A stretch of 64,000 nucleotides of DNA, from the NCBI GenBank assembly GCA_965242695.1, contig CBDESU010000001.1:1920001-1984000 (forward strand), read 5' to 3'. Positions within the stretch are counted from its first letter, which is position 1; each line of letters begins with the position of its first letter. Below, in pieces: positions 41,091 to 50,760 of the stretch. The DNA comes from Cenarchaeum sp. Its GTDB lineage: Archaea; Thermoproteota; Nitrososphaeria; Nitrososphaerales; Nitrosopumilaceae. The notes beneath the pieces are model-generated. The model ran no database searches, was not told the origin of the DNA, and saw nothing but the letters and a program-made list of their open reading frames with translations. A program made the translations under genes and the position numbers.

Positions 41091-42073
41091 CTAGCCGCCC
41101 CCCTGTTCCACTCGTCTACCATGCCGCGCCAGCCGCGCGCCAGTCCCTCTACGCCCTGCCGGCGCAACGACTCGCCTGCCCGAAGCCCCACGCCGGCCGC
41201 ATCGCCGAGCGGGCCGGACTCGGCCGCATCGAGCCGCTCCGAGCCGTCGGCCGAGAATGCGGCAGCCCTGACGGACACGGTCTCGCGCCCGGCGCGCGCA
41301 AGCGCCCCGACAGGAAACCTGCACCCCGACCCGACGGACTCGGAGACGGCGCGCTCGGCGTCGGCCTCGGCGCGCGAGCCGGCATCCTCGACGGACGCAA
41401 GCAGCTCCAGCACCCTGCGGTCGCCGGCGCGCGCCACTACCGCCAGGGCGCCCTGGCCCGGCGAGGGGACGAACTCTTCGGGTGGGAGGTCGGTAGCGGC
41501 CACGTCCAGGCCGAGCCGGTCGATGCCGGCGCGCGCCAGCACGAGCGCGTCTAGGCCGCCGCTGCCGCCGCCGCCGCCATCCCCCGACATCAGCCTCCTC
41601 ACTCGCGTGCCGACGTTTCCGCGGACCGGCCGCACCCGCGCGTCCGGCCTGGCCCTGCGCACCATGACGGCCCGCCGCAGGCTGCTCGTCCCGACCGTCC
41701 CGCCCGCCGGCAGCGATGCGAGCCCGCCTTCCGCGCCCCCCCTTGCGACGAGCACGTCGCCGGGCGCGGCCCGCGCGGGGACGCATGCGATCTGCAGGCC
41801 GCCGGGCAGCTCGGTCGGCACGTCCTTTAGGCTGTGGACGGCAAAATCGACGCGCCCGCCGGCTACGGCCTCGTCGATCTCGCGCTCGAACACTCCCCTG
41901 CGGTCCACCTCGAAGAGCGGCAGGGCCGCGCCCTGCGAGCGGTCGCCGCTTGTCGCAATCGCCTCGACCGCGTACGAGGTGCCGGGCCAGGCGCGCTCGA
42001 GCGCGCCAGTCACCGCCCCTGCCTGCGCAAGCGACAGCGGGCTGCCGCGCGCGCCGACCGTGTAGCGGGTCAT
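41087..42073 (-). CDS. hemC: Porphobilinogen deaminase
   Basis: RGSPLSLAQ, AVHSLKDVP, GTSSLRR, RGNVGTR, PGQGAL. Confidence 0.97.
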   Translation of the reverse strand: MTRYTVGARGSPLSLAQAGAVTGALERAWPGTSYAVEAIATSGDRSQGAALPLFEVDRRGVFEREIDEAVAGGRVDFAVHSLKDVPTELPGGLQIACVPARAAPGDVLVARGGAEGGLASLPAGGTVGTSSLRRAVMVRRARPDARVRPVRGNVGTRVRRLMSGDGGGGGSGGLDALVLARAGIDRLGLDVAATDLPPEEFVPSPGQGALAVVARAGDRRVLELLASVEDAGSRAEADAERAVSESVGSGCRFPVGALARAGRETVSVRAAAFSADGSERLDAAESGPLGDAAGVGLRAGESLRRQGVEGLARGWRGMVDEWNRGAAR

Positions 42074-43425
42074 TTCGACGCGGCGGCGGCCGCCGCCCCC
42101 CTCATGGCCGACGCGTATGCCTCTTCGACGGCCGCAATATCCTCGCCAGAGTGCGCCGACGAGAGCATGGCCGCCTCGAACTGCGAGGCGGCCGCGAACA
42201 CGCCGGCGTCGAGCAGCCCGCGGAACAGCGCATCGAACATCCCCCGGTCGGCGGCCCGGGCCGAGCCGGCGTCCGTCACGGGCCCTTCCGCAAAGAACAC
42301 CTGGAACATCGACGATGCGTGGTTGACCTGGTGCGGCAGGCGCAGGTCGGCCGCCGCGTCGGCGACCGCGCAGGCCAGGCGCCTCGTGCGCGCCTCGAGC
42401 GAGGGGTACAGCCTGCCCTTGGAGCGGTTCACGAGGCGCACGGCGGCCACTGCGGCGGCGACCGACACCGGGTTGCCGGCGAACGTGCTCGCCTGGTACA
42501 CGCCGCCGCCTGGCGCGAGCGAGTCGAGCACGTCGGCGCGCCCGCCGACGGCGGCGATCGGCAGGCCGCCGCCGAGCGCCTTGCCGAGCGTCGTAATGTC
42601 GGGGCGGATGCCGTACTTTTTCTGGGCTCCGCCCTCGGAGATGCGAAACCCCGTGATCGTCTCGTCGAATATGAGCAGCGCACCGTGCCGCCTTGCGGCG
42701 CGCCGCGTCGCCTGGAGGAACCCCGGCAGGGGCGGCACGACGCCCATGTTGCCCAGTACTGGCTCTACGATGATTCCCGCAAGGTCGTCGCCGCACCGCC
42801 CGGCGGCGGCATCGAGCGCGGCGGCATCGTTGTACGGGACGACGACGGTGTCGCGCGCCGCGCCCGGGGTCACCCCGGCCGACACGGCGATGCCGGCGTG
42901 CGCCGATCCGGACCCCGCCTTTACCAGGACCGAGTCGTGCGCGCCGTGGTAGCAGCCGTCGAACTTTATGATCTTGCTGCGCCCCGTGTGGCCGCGCGCA
43001 AGCCGTATGGCAGCCATGGTCGCCTCGGCGCCCGTGTTTACGAGGCGCACCCTCCTCATGGACGGGTAGTTGCCGGCGATGAGCGATGCGAGCTCCACCT
43101 CTAGCTCGGTCGGGGCGCAGTACAGGGTGCCGCGCCGCAGCTGCCTCGAGACGGCCGCGACGATCTCGGGGTGGCCGTGCCCGAACAGGAGGGCGCCGAA
43201 CCCGCAGCACATGTCAGTGTAGCGGCGGCCGTCCGCGTCCCACACGTGCGCCCCCTCTGCGCGCCTGACGAAGACGGGGTGCGGCTCGTAGTAGCGCACG
43301 GGGCTGTTGACGCCCGACGGCACGAGGCGGCGCGCGCGCTCGTACAGCGCGGCCGAGCGGGGCCTCTTTTGGAATGCCTGGCCGGCGGCCCCGCCGCGGG
43401 ATGCCCTGCCCCTGCCGCCCGCCAT
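42070..43425 (-). CDS. hemL: Glutamate-1-semialdehyde 2,1-aminomutase
   Basis: GVNSPVR, GCYHG.HD, FDETITGFR, GKALGGGLP. Confidence 0.97.
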   Translation of the reverse strand: MAGGRGRASRGGAAGQAFQKRPRSAALYERARRLVPSGVNSPVRYYEPHPVFVRRAEGAHVWDADGRRYTDMCCGFGALLFGHGHPEIVAAVSRQLRRGTLYCAPTELEVELASLIAGNYPSMRRVRLVNTGAEATMAAIRLARGHTGRSKIIKFDGCYHGAHDSVLVKAGSGSAHAGIAVSAGVTPGAARDTVVVPYNDAAALDAAAGRCGDDLAGIIVEPVLGNMGVVPPLPGFLQATRRAARRHGALLIFDETITGFRISEGGAQKKYGIRPDITTLGKALGGGLPIAAVGGRADVLDSLAPGGGVYQASTFAGNPVSVAAAVAAVRLVNRSKGRLYPSLEARTRRLACAVADAAADLRLPHQVNHASSMFQVFFAEGPVTDAGSARAADRGMFDALFRGLLDAGVFAAASQFEAAMLSSAHSGEDIAAVEEAYASAMRGAAAAAASK

Positions 43426-43651
43426 GCGCCAAGCGCCCCGCCGGGGGTATTAATGGTAAACATGAGAGACTGAGGCGGCATGCGGACGCGGCTTGCATCC
43501 GCCCCCGCCGTGCACAAAAGCGGTGATCCTCCAGCCGGCCCCCATATCACGGGAGCGGCGACAGAGTCCGACCCGTACCGCAGAGCATCGCAGCTAGGCG
43601 CAACGCTTAAGGGGGGTGCGGCTGCCCACAATCCGCAGGCGGTATGAGAAA

Positions 43652-44047
43652 ATGAGCGCGCTGCAGGGACAGCTTCACACGGCACTCGAGGCATGCGGCA
43701 GCTACTTCAACATCATCGAGGCCGCCGAGACGTCCGGTGGCGCATACCACCTGTCCCCGCAGGAGCGGCGCGATCTCTTGGAAATTCTCACGCCGCTGGC
43801 CAACGCCCTCAACAATGACTACATCTTCGCGCCCTACGTGGATGCCTCTCAGATCAAGGCGCGCCTCCGCGAGCGGCACCCGGAGGACTGGGAGAGGTGC
43901 CAAAAGGCCGTAGCGGCGGCAGAGGCCAAGGTACGGTCGGGCGCCGAGCCTCTTGAGCGCGCCGACATCCCCGCCATACGGTGCGTGTTCGAAGCGCTCG
44001 ATGCACAGCGCGGGCACCTGATGGTCAGGATCGGCGGCGGGTGCTGA
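43652..44047 (+). CDS. Uncharacterised helical protein A1 (131 aa, ends RIGGGC)
   Basis: About two-thirds identical by hand alignment to 44553-44957; shared upstream CAACGCTTAA. Confidence 0.85.
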   Translation: MSALQGQLHTALEACGSYFNIIEAAETSGGAYHLSPQERRDLLEILTPLANALNNDYIFAPYVDASQIKARLRERHPEDWERCQKAVAAAEAKVRSGAEPLERADIPAIRCVFEALDAQRGHLMVRIGGGC

Positions 44048-44420
44048 TGCCCGTTTCGGCGGGCTATGTCGACGCGGTGATAGCCGAGCAGATTGCCAAG
44101 TCGAGGGCCATGGTGCGGCTCATGCCACATCCGTTCAAGATCAGGGCCCTCGAGGAGCTTGCCGACAGGTGCAAGCTTGTCCTGAACGAAAACGTGGCGG
44201 CTCTCGAGTCCCTGCGCAACAGCCTGCGTGAGGGGGCCTTGACGCACAGAGCGGCATGCATAGGGTGAGCATGTGTGCTGCTCAACGATGTGCGGGACGC
44301 CGCGGCGGCGCGCTAGGCGTGGATTCATTACAGCCAGTGAGCATGTGTGCTGCTCAACGATGTGCGGGACGCCTTTTGGCGGCTGCGGCCGGAGGAGTAC
44401 TGGGGGGCGGAGGCGCCCAA
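44047..44420 (+). pseudogene. Internally deleted copy (B1) of the HExxH peptidase gene
   Basis: 5' part matches 44957-45190, then jumps to sequence matching 46006-46060; about 0.8 kb including HExxH is missing. Confidence 0.88.
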
Positions 44421-44552
44421 GAAGCCACTGACGCCGGGCGGCGTCAGGGATCGCAGATGCGCCCGCGCCGCCGGCCCCGCTGCAGGAACGCGACGCGCTG
44501 CAACGGACAACGCTTAAAGAGGGGCCAGAATGCGCTAGTCCGCGGGATTGAC

Positions 44553-44957
44553 ATGAGCGAGAAAAGCGCGCTGCAGGCAAAGTTTTATGCCGGACTTGAG
44601 GCATGCAAAAACTACCTCGACATCATCGAGGCGGCCGAGAAATCCGGGGGAGCATACCGCTTGTCACCGCAGGAGCGGAGCGATCTCTTGGACATTCTCA
44701 CGCCTGCCGCCAACGCCGTCAACGACCGCTACATCTACTCGTACCATGTAGATGCCTCGGCCATCGAGGACCGTCTCCGCGAGCAGCACCGGGACGACTG
44801 GGAGGGGTGCCGAAAGGCGGTAACGGCGGCAGAGGCCAAGGTGAGGTCTGGTGCCGAGCTGCTTGAACACGCAGACATCCCCGCCATACGACATGTGTTT
44901 GACGCGTTGCGCACACAGTGTTCGCTCCTGTCGATCAGGATCGGCGGCGGGTGCTGA
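44553..44957 (+). CDS. Uncharacterised helical protein A2 (134 aa, ends RIGGGC)
   Basis: Paralogue of A1; TGATG overlap with the downstream gene. Confidence 0.85.
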   Translation: MSEKSALQAKFYAGLEACKNYLDIIEAAEKSGGAYRLSPQERSDLLDILTPAANAVNDRYIYSYHVDASAIEDRLREQHRDDWEGCRKAVTAAEAKVRSGAELLEHADIPAIRHVFDALRTQCSLLSIRIGGGC

Positions 44958-46102
44958 TGCCCGTTTCGGCGGGCTATGTCGACGCGGTGATAGCCGAGCA
45001 GATTGCCAAGTCGAGGGCCATGGTGCGGCTCATGCCGTACCCGTTCAAGATCAGGGCCCTAGAGGAGCTTGCCGACAGGTGCAAGTCCGTCTTGTTCGAC
45101 AACATCGAGGTCCTCGAGTCCCTCCATGTCGACCTGCAGAGAGGCCGTGATGCGCAAAGCGTCATGCACAGGGTCGGCATGTGCGCCGCGCATATCACGG
45201 CTATTGAGGAACATGGACTGCCCCCTCTGCAGTACCGGACTAGGGAGGCGGCGGTGATCAACGACGTCCTGCGCGGGCTGCATCACGAGATGGCCCTGCC
45301 GATTCCGTGCCCGACGGCCTGCTGCATTTCCAACCAACACTACATCTCGAATTTTCCAACCCGGACAATATACGCACCCATCGGCGAGGCCCTGTCGATC
45401 CAGCACCACGCGCACCTCTGCCACGAGCTAGGGCACTACCTTCTACGCGCCAGATCCGATCCCAGGTTAAATCCACTGAGCAGTGGGATAGAGCGGTCCT
45501 CGCAAGCGATCGAGGTGCACCACGATAATCTTATGCAAGGCGGCGATCACAAGCGCGTGCCCCCGAGCGTCGTCGACTATGTGACATGGCTGAGAAAACG
45601 GTGGCCAAACTGGTTGGAAGAGTGCTTTTGCGACCTGTTCGGGGTGCTTGGCGGGGGGCCGGCGGGTGCGTGGGCATACCTACACATGGCCGCCAAGAGA
45701 CTCCTTCCTGCGTACACACTGAACGCTTTCGGGGAGCAGAGCCACCCTCCTAATGACGCAAGAATGGAGATTATGTGCGAGGGGCTGAGGCTGATGGGAT
45801 TTAGCAGGGATGCGGGCGCCGTGTGGTCCAGATGGGGGGATGTGGCAGACACGGTAGGAGGATCGCCAGGTTCGATGTACCGGAACGCGGTTCCCAAGGG
45901 CATTCTGCTCGATGTGGCACGCATCATGCACGAGTCGCTCGGGGAGACGGGCATAGTCCTGTACGATCCCGGCTCGCAGGGGCGGGAGGACTCGATGCGC
46001 GCGCGGCTCAACGATGCGTGGGATGTCTTTTGGCGGCTGCGGCCGGGGGAGTACCAGAGTTGGGAGGCAGCCAAGATCGGAAAGATTGTCGGTCCGACAT
46101 AG
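44957..46102 (+). CDS. Putative soluble zinc metallopeptidase B2 (M48-like motif order)
   Basis: HELGH, WLEECFCD (ExxxD third ligand), SHPPNDAR; no obvious TM or signal. Confidence 0.75.
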   Translation: MPVSAGYVDAVIAEQIAKSRAMVRLMPYPFKIRALEELADRCKSVLFDNIEVLESLHVDLQRGRDAQSVMHRVGMCAAHITAIEEHGLPPLQYRTREAAVINDVLRGLHHEMALPIPCPTACCISNQHYISNFPTRTIYAPIGEALSIQHHAHLCHELGHYLLRARSDPRLNPLSSGIERSSQAIEVHHDNLMQGGDHKRVPPSVVDYVTWLRKRWPNWLEECFCDLFGVLGGGPAGAWAYLHMAAKRLLPAYTLNAFGEQSHPPNDARMEIMCEGLRLMGFSRDAGAVWSRWGDVADTVGGSPGSMYRNAVPKGILLDVARIMHESLGETGIVLYDPGSQGREDSMRARLNDAWDVFWRLRPGEYQSWEAAKIGKIVGPT

Positions 46103-46174
46103 TGCGGACGCGGCGGCCGATCCGATCCGATCGGGGCGCCCGCGCCGGCCGCCTTCCGATTCAGGCTGCAGGGG

Positions 46175-47212
46175 TCAGTGCACACGGCCCAGCCGCTGCC
46201 GGGCCGCCTCGCAATACTCGGGGTTCATGTCGATCCCGACGTAGGCCCTGCCCGCCTTTTTTGCGGCCACGCATGTGGTGCCGCTGCCGGCGTACGGGTC
46301 CAGGACGACGGCCCCCTCGGGCGCGAGCGTCCTGACGAGCAGTCCGACGACGGACTCGGGGTACACCGCGGGGTGGCCGCCCCACTGCAGGCTCTCGACG
46401 CTGCTCTCGACGACGTCGCGCCTGATCGGCCTGCCGGTCAGCCGGATGATCGTAAACCCCCTGTTCTCCATCTGCGACTGGCGCCCGCCTCCCTGGCCTC
46501 CAAAGGCCGGCGCGTGCACCCCACGTATCTTCATCCTAAAGCCGGCCGTCTTTCCGTCCCTCACCTCGCTGACCACGTCGCGGAGCGCGCCGAGCGCGCC
46601 CTCCTTTTCCGACTCGGAGAGGTCGGACGATGCGATGAGGCGCTCGTAGTGCCTCCCCATCGTGGCGCCCCCCTTTGCGGTCTGCCGGCGCACGAGCTGG
46701 TCGTCGTCGTGCGCGCCCGCGTCGTAGTAGTACTTTTGCGTCTTTGCAAAGTGGAAGAACGGCTCGGTGCTGGACACGAGGCGCCTCTGGAACTGCCGCG
46801 GCGTCGGGTTGGTCTTTACCCATGTGATGTTGTTCACGAGGATGGCGCCGGTCGCCTCCATGGCCCCGATCGCGAACCGGTGGGGTATGAGCCGCAGCGA
46901 GCCTCCCACGTACTTGTCGCCCATGTTGAACACGATGCTCCCCGTGTCCTTTGCTACCCTGATGCACTCGCGAAAGACGGCCGTTACGGAGTCGATGTAC
47001 TCTTCGACGGTGCCCTCCATGCCGGTCCCGGCCCGGCCGTCCCCGCCACGGCCGTACGAGCGCTGGTGGTAGTACGGGGGAGACGTGACCACCAGGTCGA
47101 CCGAGGAGTCGGGCATCTCCCCGAGCTGCTCGGCCGCATCCCCGCATACGATGCGGTTGAGGGCACGGATCGCCGCCGCGCCCTCGCTTCCGCCCGCGCC
47201 CGAAGCCGCCAT
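46175..47212 (-). CDS. Site-specific DNA methyltransferase, beta class (probably m4C)
   Basis: VVTSPPY, HPAVYP, LDPYAGSGTT. Confidence 0.93.
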   Translation of the reverse strand: MAASGAGGSEGAAAIRALNRIVCGDAAEQLGEMPDSSVDLVVTSPPYYHQRSYGRGGDGRAGTGMEGTVEEYIDSVTAVFRECIRVAKDTGSIVFNMGDKYVGGSLRLIPHRFAIGAMEATGAILVNNITWVKTNPTPRQFQRRLVSSTEPFFHFAKTQKYYYDAGAHDDDQLVRRQTAKGGATMGRHYERLIASSDLSESEKEGALGALRDVVSEVRDGKTAGFRMKIRGVHAPAFGGQGGGRQSQMENRGFTIIRLTGRPIRRDVVESSVESLQWGGHPAVYPESVVGLLVRTLAPEGAVVLDPYAGSGTTCVAAKKAGRAYVGIDMNPEYCEAARQRLGRVH

Positions 47213-47270
47213 GCCCGCCGGCCGCCATGCCCGCCGAATTAATGTTGCACGGCGGCGGCGGGATCCCCCG

Positions 47271-47957
47271 TCATATACGCCGCAGGACGCGCGACGAAAA
47301 GCGCGCCCTGTACAGGGCTGCGACGGCTAGCGCGCCTGCCGGCGGCGCCGATGCGTACAACCACATGTGGGCCATGTGCGACGGGTCGCCCGAGACGATC
47401 GCCGGCGCAAGCGACCGTATGGGGTTCATCGACGCGCCGGACATGCCGCCGAACAGCAGCACGTCGAGGGCGACGATGCCGCCGATGGCCGCCGCCGCGG
47501 CCCACGCGGCAAGGCCGCGCATGCTGACGACGGCGAGCACGACTCCCATGAGGAGGGCCGTGGCCGTCACCTCTACGGCAAAGTGCGCCCCCGGCCAGAG
47601 CGACGTGTCCGGCGAGTTGGCCCCTATCCCCGCATAGTCGCCCACAATGTGCAGCACGAACAGGCTGCCGAGGACGGCCCCGGCCGCCTGCGCCCCTGCG
47701 TACAGTGGGGCCATCCTGGCGCGCAGGTGCCCCGTCAGGACAAACGCCGCCGTCACGGCGGGGTTGAAGTGGGCCATAGAGTACCGCCCGAATATCCACA
47801 CCACGGCGGCAAGGCCTGCAAGGTGCATGGCGGCAATGAACGGCACGCCGAGCCAGTACCCCAGACGGCCGTCAAGTGCGATCGAACCCGTGGCGGCCGC
47901 TACGAGCCCGAACGTGCCGGCCGCCTCTGCCACCGCTATGCGCGCGGCGCCGCTCAT
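47271..47957 (-). CDS. Aquaporin (MIP family)
   Basis: AHFNPAVT and GASMNPIRS boxes. Confidence 0.93.
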   Translation of the reverse strand: MSGAARIAVAEAAGTFGLVAAATGSIALDGRLGYWLGVPFIAAMHLAGLAAVVWIFGRYSMAHFNPAVTAAFVLTGHLRARMAPLYAGAQAAGAVLGSLFVLHIVGDYAGIGANSPDTSLWPGAHFAVEVTATALLMGVVLAVVSMRGLAAWAAAAAIGGIVALDVLLFGGMSGASMNPIRSLAPAIVSGDPSHMAHMWLYASAPPAGALAVAALYRARFSSRVLRRI

Positions 47958-48394
47958 GGGCGCACCGCGCCGCCTTGCATCTCTTCTACCAGGGATGCGA
48001 CCCTCCCGCGTATCTCGTCGCGTATGCGCCGCACGTCCTCGATCGGGAGCCCCTTTGGGTCCTCGATACCCCAGTCGTCGGCCGCCTGGGCCGCGCCGCC
48101 CGGCAGGACGGGGCACCCGCCGCCTCCCATGCACCCCATGCCGACTACGCGCGAGGCCGAGGAGGCCGCGTCCGGCGTGAGCGCCTTTGGTCTCCGCGCG
48201 GACATGTCGATGCCGACCTCGGCCATGGCGTCGGCCACGACGGGGTCGACGCGGCTGCCCGGCCTGGTTCCGGCGCTCGCCGCGCTCGCCCCGGGAGGCG
48301 CCATCGCCTCGAAGAACGCCTCGGCCATCTGGCTGCGGCCCGAGTTTTCGATGCACACGAACAGCACCCGCTCCCCCGCGCCGCCGCCCCCCAT
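47954..48394 (-). CDS. arsC: Arsenate reductase (LMW-PTP fold)
   Basis: CIENSGRSQMAE, MGC...CP, DPKG..IRDEI. Confidence 0.92.
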   Translation of the reverse strand: MGGGGAGERVLFVCIENSGRSQMAEAFFEAMAPPGASAASAGTRPGSRVDPVVADAMAEVGIDMSARRPKALTPDAASSASRVVGMGCMGGGGCPVLPGGAAQAADDWGIEDPKGLPIEDVRRIRDEIRGRVASLVEEMQGGAVRP

Positions 48395-48457
48395 GGCGGG
48401 CCGCTCCGGGGGGCCGCTTAAAGCGTATTGAAAACGGCCTGCGGGGATGCATGCGGG

Positions 48458-49225
48458 CTATGCAGGCGGCCCCACGTCCCGATGCCCCGGCGCGGCGGGC
48501 GTCCGGCCCGCCAGCCCCGCGGCGGCAGGATCCTCGCATCCGCCGCCGTCGGCGCCCTCCGATCCCCGATCCCGCCAGGCCGGCATGTCGTGCCCAAGGA
48601 ACGCCGGGCGGTGCTTGCCGGTGACGATGTAGTTGACCGCATCGCTCATGAACACGGCGTGGTCGGCTATGCGCTCGAGGTACCGCAGGAGCAGCGCCTC
48701 GGCCAGGGCGCACCGCGTGTCGTCGAGCCCGACCAGCTTTGACAGCCGCCGGTGGTACACCATGTCGACGAACTCTTCGTAGCTCTGTATCGCCGACGCC
48801 CTCCCCACGTCGAGCGTCGCGAACGACACGGTCGCCTCCTTGATCATCGACCTTACGCTCTCGGATATCGCGTGCAGCTCGCCCGTGCGGCAGCACTCGA
48901 CGTCCCCAAAGTCGCCGCGCACCCGCGCTATGTCGTACGCGTAGCGGCCGAGCCTCCAGTACGCGTACGAGACCTCGATCGACGAGCGCATCAGCCTAAA
49001 GTCGTGCGCGACCGGCTGGTACCGGAGGATCGTCTCGAACGTCAGGTCCGCCGACTCGTCGTACCCCTCCCTGAGGCGGTCGGACAGCGCGCGCACCTGC
49101 CCGGACGTGTCGCGGCCGCCGACGTACGAGTCGATGGCAAGCGAGATGCACTGCACTGCGAGGTCTCCCATCTCGGCGACTATCGAGGACAGCCGCCTGA
49201 GCGACGGGTCTATGAGCCGCGACAC
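48458..49225 (-). CDS. phoU: PhoU-family phosphate regulator
   Basis: RYQPVAHDFR, YLERIADHA. Confidence 0.9.
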   Translation of the reverse strand: MSRLIDPSLRRLSSIVAEMGDLAVQCISLAIDSYVGGRDTSGQVRALSDRLREGYDESADLTFETILRYQPVAHDFRLMRSSIEVSYAYWRLGRYAYDIARVRGDFGDVECCRTGELHAISESVRSMIKEATVSFATLDVGRASAIQSYEEFVDMVYHRRLSKLVGLDDTRCALAEALLLRYLERIADHAVFMSDAVNYIVTGKHRPAFLGHDMPAWRDRGSEGADGGGCEDPAAAGLAGRTPAAPGHRDVGPPA

Positions 49226-49336
49226 GGGCCTGCTCTGCGGGCGGGGCTTTTAGGTATTGCCGGGCATTGCAGCCGAGCCCCGGCGGGGCCCGGTCCGTTC
49301 CGCCCCGGCCCTCGCGGGCGGGGCGGCGGGGCGCAT

Positions 49337-49681
49337 CTACGGCGAGCCCGCCACGATGCCCCAGATCGTCACCGCTCCGATCGCCGCGCAGGCGGCGCCC
49401 ATTCCCATTGCCAGCAGCAGAAAGCGGCCGTCGCGCTCCAACGCGGGCGGCGCGTGGGGAGGCGATTTATCCGCTTCGGGCGGGGCGCCTGCGCCGCACT
49501 GCCGCGCCGGGGGCACGTGGGGCGGCGGGGCGGAGGGCGGCGGGGCGCAGCGCTCCGGTGACGCGGCCCGTACTGCATCCTTCCCCCTCCGCCGCCGCCG
49601 GGGCGGGGGGCGACGCTCCGCCAAGGCGCCAAGGCTCCGGCGCGCATGCCGCATCAGGATCATCCCGCCCTCGGCGGGCAT
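49337..49681 (-). CDS. Possible small membrane protein
   Basis: C-terminal hydrophobic helix FLLLAMGMGAACAAIGAVTIWGIV; start unclear. Confidence 0.3.
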   Translation of the reverse strand: MPAEGGMILMRHARRSLGALAERRPPPRRRRRGKDAVRAASPERCAPPPSAPPPHVPPARQCGAGAPPEADKSPPHAPPALERDGRFLLLAMGMGAACAAIGAVTIWGIVAGSP

Positions 49682-50025
49682 GCCTTCAAGCAGTGCCAAG
49701 GCCGCCAAAAGAAAGGGGCAGGGATCAAGGCGCTCCAAAGGCAGTCCGGCAAGATCAAGGCAGGCATCAAGCGCGCCAAGAAAAAGGCCAAGGCGGTGGA
49801 GCGATCGTCCGGTCCAAAAAGGCGGACATGAAGGGGATGAAGGCGGCCAGGAAGTGGGGCAAGAGTCCAAGTCTGGGCGAATGCCGCCCAAGTTGCGCCA
49901 AGGGGCGGCAGGCGCAGGCGTCCGCATAGCTGGCGGCCGGGGGAGGACGCGCGTCCGCAGGTGCAGGCGTCCGCCGCGCCTGCCAGACACCCACGCGCCG
50001 CAGGGTCGGGGCGGGCGCGGCAGGG

Positions 50026-50760
50026 CTACCCGTACCGCCGCAGGTACGAGTCGATCCGGCGCTGGAGCAGGCGGTGGGTGCGCCCGACGTCGCCGTTGCC
50101 GTCGACCGGCACCAGCCCGTACGTCTTCTGCATCGCCTCAAACTCGCGGGCCAGCCTGCCTTGGTACATTATGAACGACTTGAACATGTCGTCGGACAGG
50201 CCCAGGTCGGCGCCCGACTCGTAGTAGTCGAGCTGCATGTGCTTCTCGAAGACGCGGTGGACAAGGCGCTGCGGGTCGACGTCGATGTAGAAGACCAGGT
50301 CGGGCACGGCCGCAAAGCTGTACAGGTCGTGCGACCACCGGCGGCTTATGCCGCGCACCGCGTTTCGCGCCATCAGCGTGTAGATGTACCGGTCGGCCAG
50401 GACGACAAACCCCGCCCGCAGGGCCGGGATGATCTTGTGCTCTAGCTGGTCGGCAAAGTCCGCCGCGTAGTACATGGCAAGGGTGCGCTTGCCGAGCGAG
50501 ACGTTGCGCTTGGCCTCTAGTATGCCGCGCCCGATCAGGTCGGACCGCTTGATGCCCGCGTTCAGCACTGCGTACCCGTCGGCCTCTAGCTTTGATGTGA
50601 TCATCGACACCTGCGTGCTGCGCCCCGACGCGTCCGGCCCCTCCACGACGATCAGCCTCCCCTTGACCTCGACGTCGTGCAGGTAGGGTATGCCGTCGTG
50701 CGCGCCTCCGCCGCCGTACCAGCGGATGCGGCGCCCCTGCGCGCCGCCGCCGCTAGACAT
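50026..50760 (-). CDS. Thymidylate kinase-like protein 2 (variant P-loop)
   Basis: EGPDASGRST, AADFAD, DRYIYT. Confidence 0.88.
   Translation of the reverse strand: MSSGGGAQGRRIRWYGGGGAHDGIPYLHDVEVKGRLIVVEGPDASGRSTQVSMITSKLEADGYAVLNAGIKRSDLIGRGILEAKRNVSLGKRTLAMYYAADFADQLEHKIIPALRAGFVVLADRYIYTLMARNAVRGISRRWSHDLYSFAAVPDLVFYIDVDPQRLVHRVFEKHMQLDYYESGADLGLSDDMFKSFIMYQGRLAREFEAMQKTYGLVPVDGNGDVGRTHRLLQRRIDSYLRRYG

Noticed and set aside
41087-43210. 707-aa ORF as a HemC fusion; likewise 47271-48896, 26381-27964 and 55833-57464
   Set aside because: The N-terminal extensions overlap real upstream genes or promoter DNA; true starts are internal
44265-44373. 37-35-37 structure as a genuine CRISPR mini-array
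   Set aside because: The repeat derives from the coding sequence of gene B, there are only two copies, and no leader or cas genes; kept only as an odd insertion scar
43652-44957. A1/A2 as ubiquitin-like (SAMP/ThiS) proteins
   Set aside because: Sequence looks all-helical, ends GGGC rather than GG, and no E1 or JAB gene is nearby
49680-49870. Lys/Arg-rich short ORFs with recurring CAAG words
   Set aside because: No consistent period, start or promoter; probably low-complexity intergenic DNA
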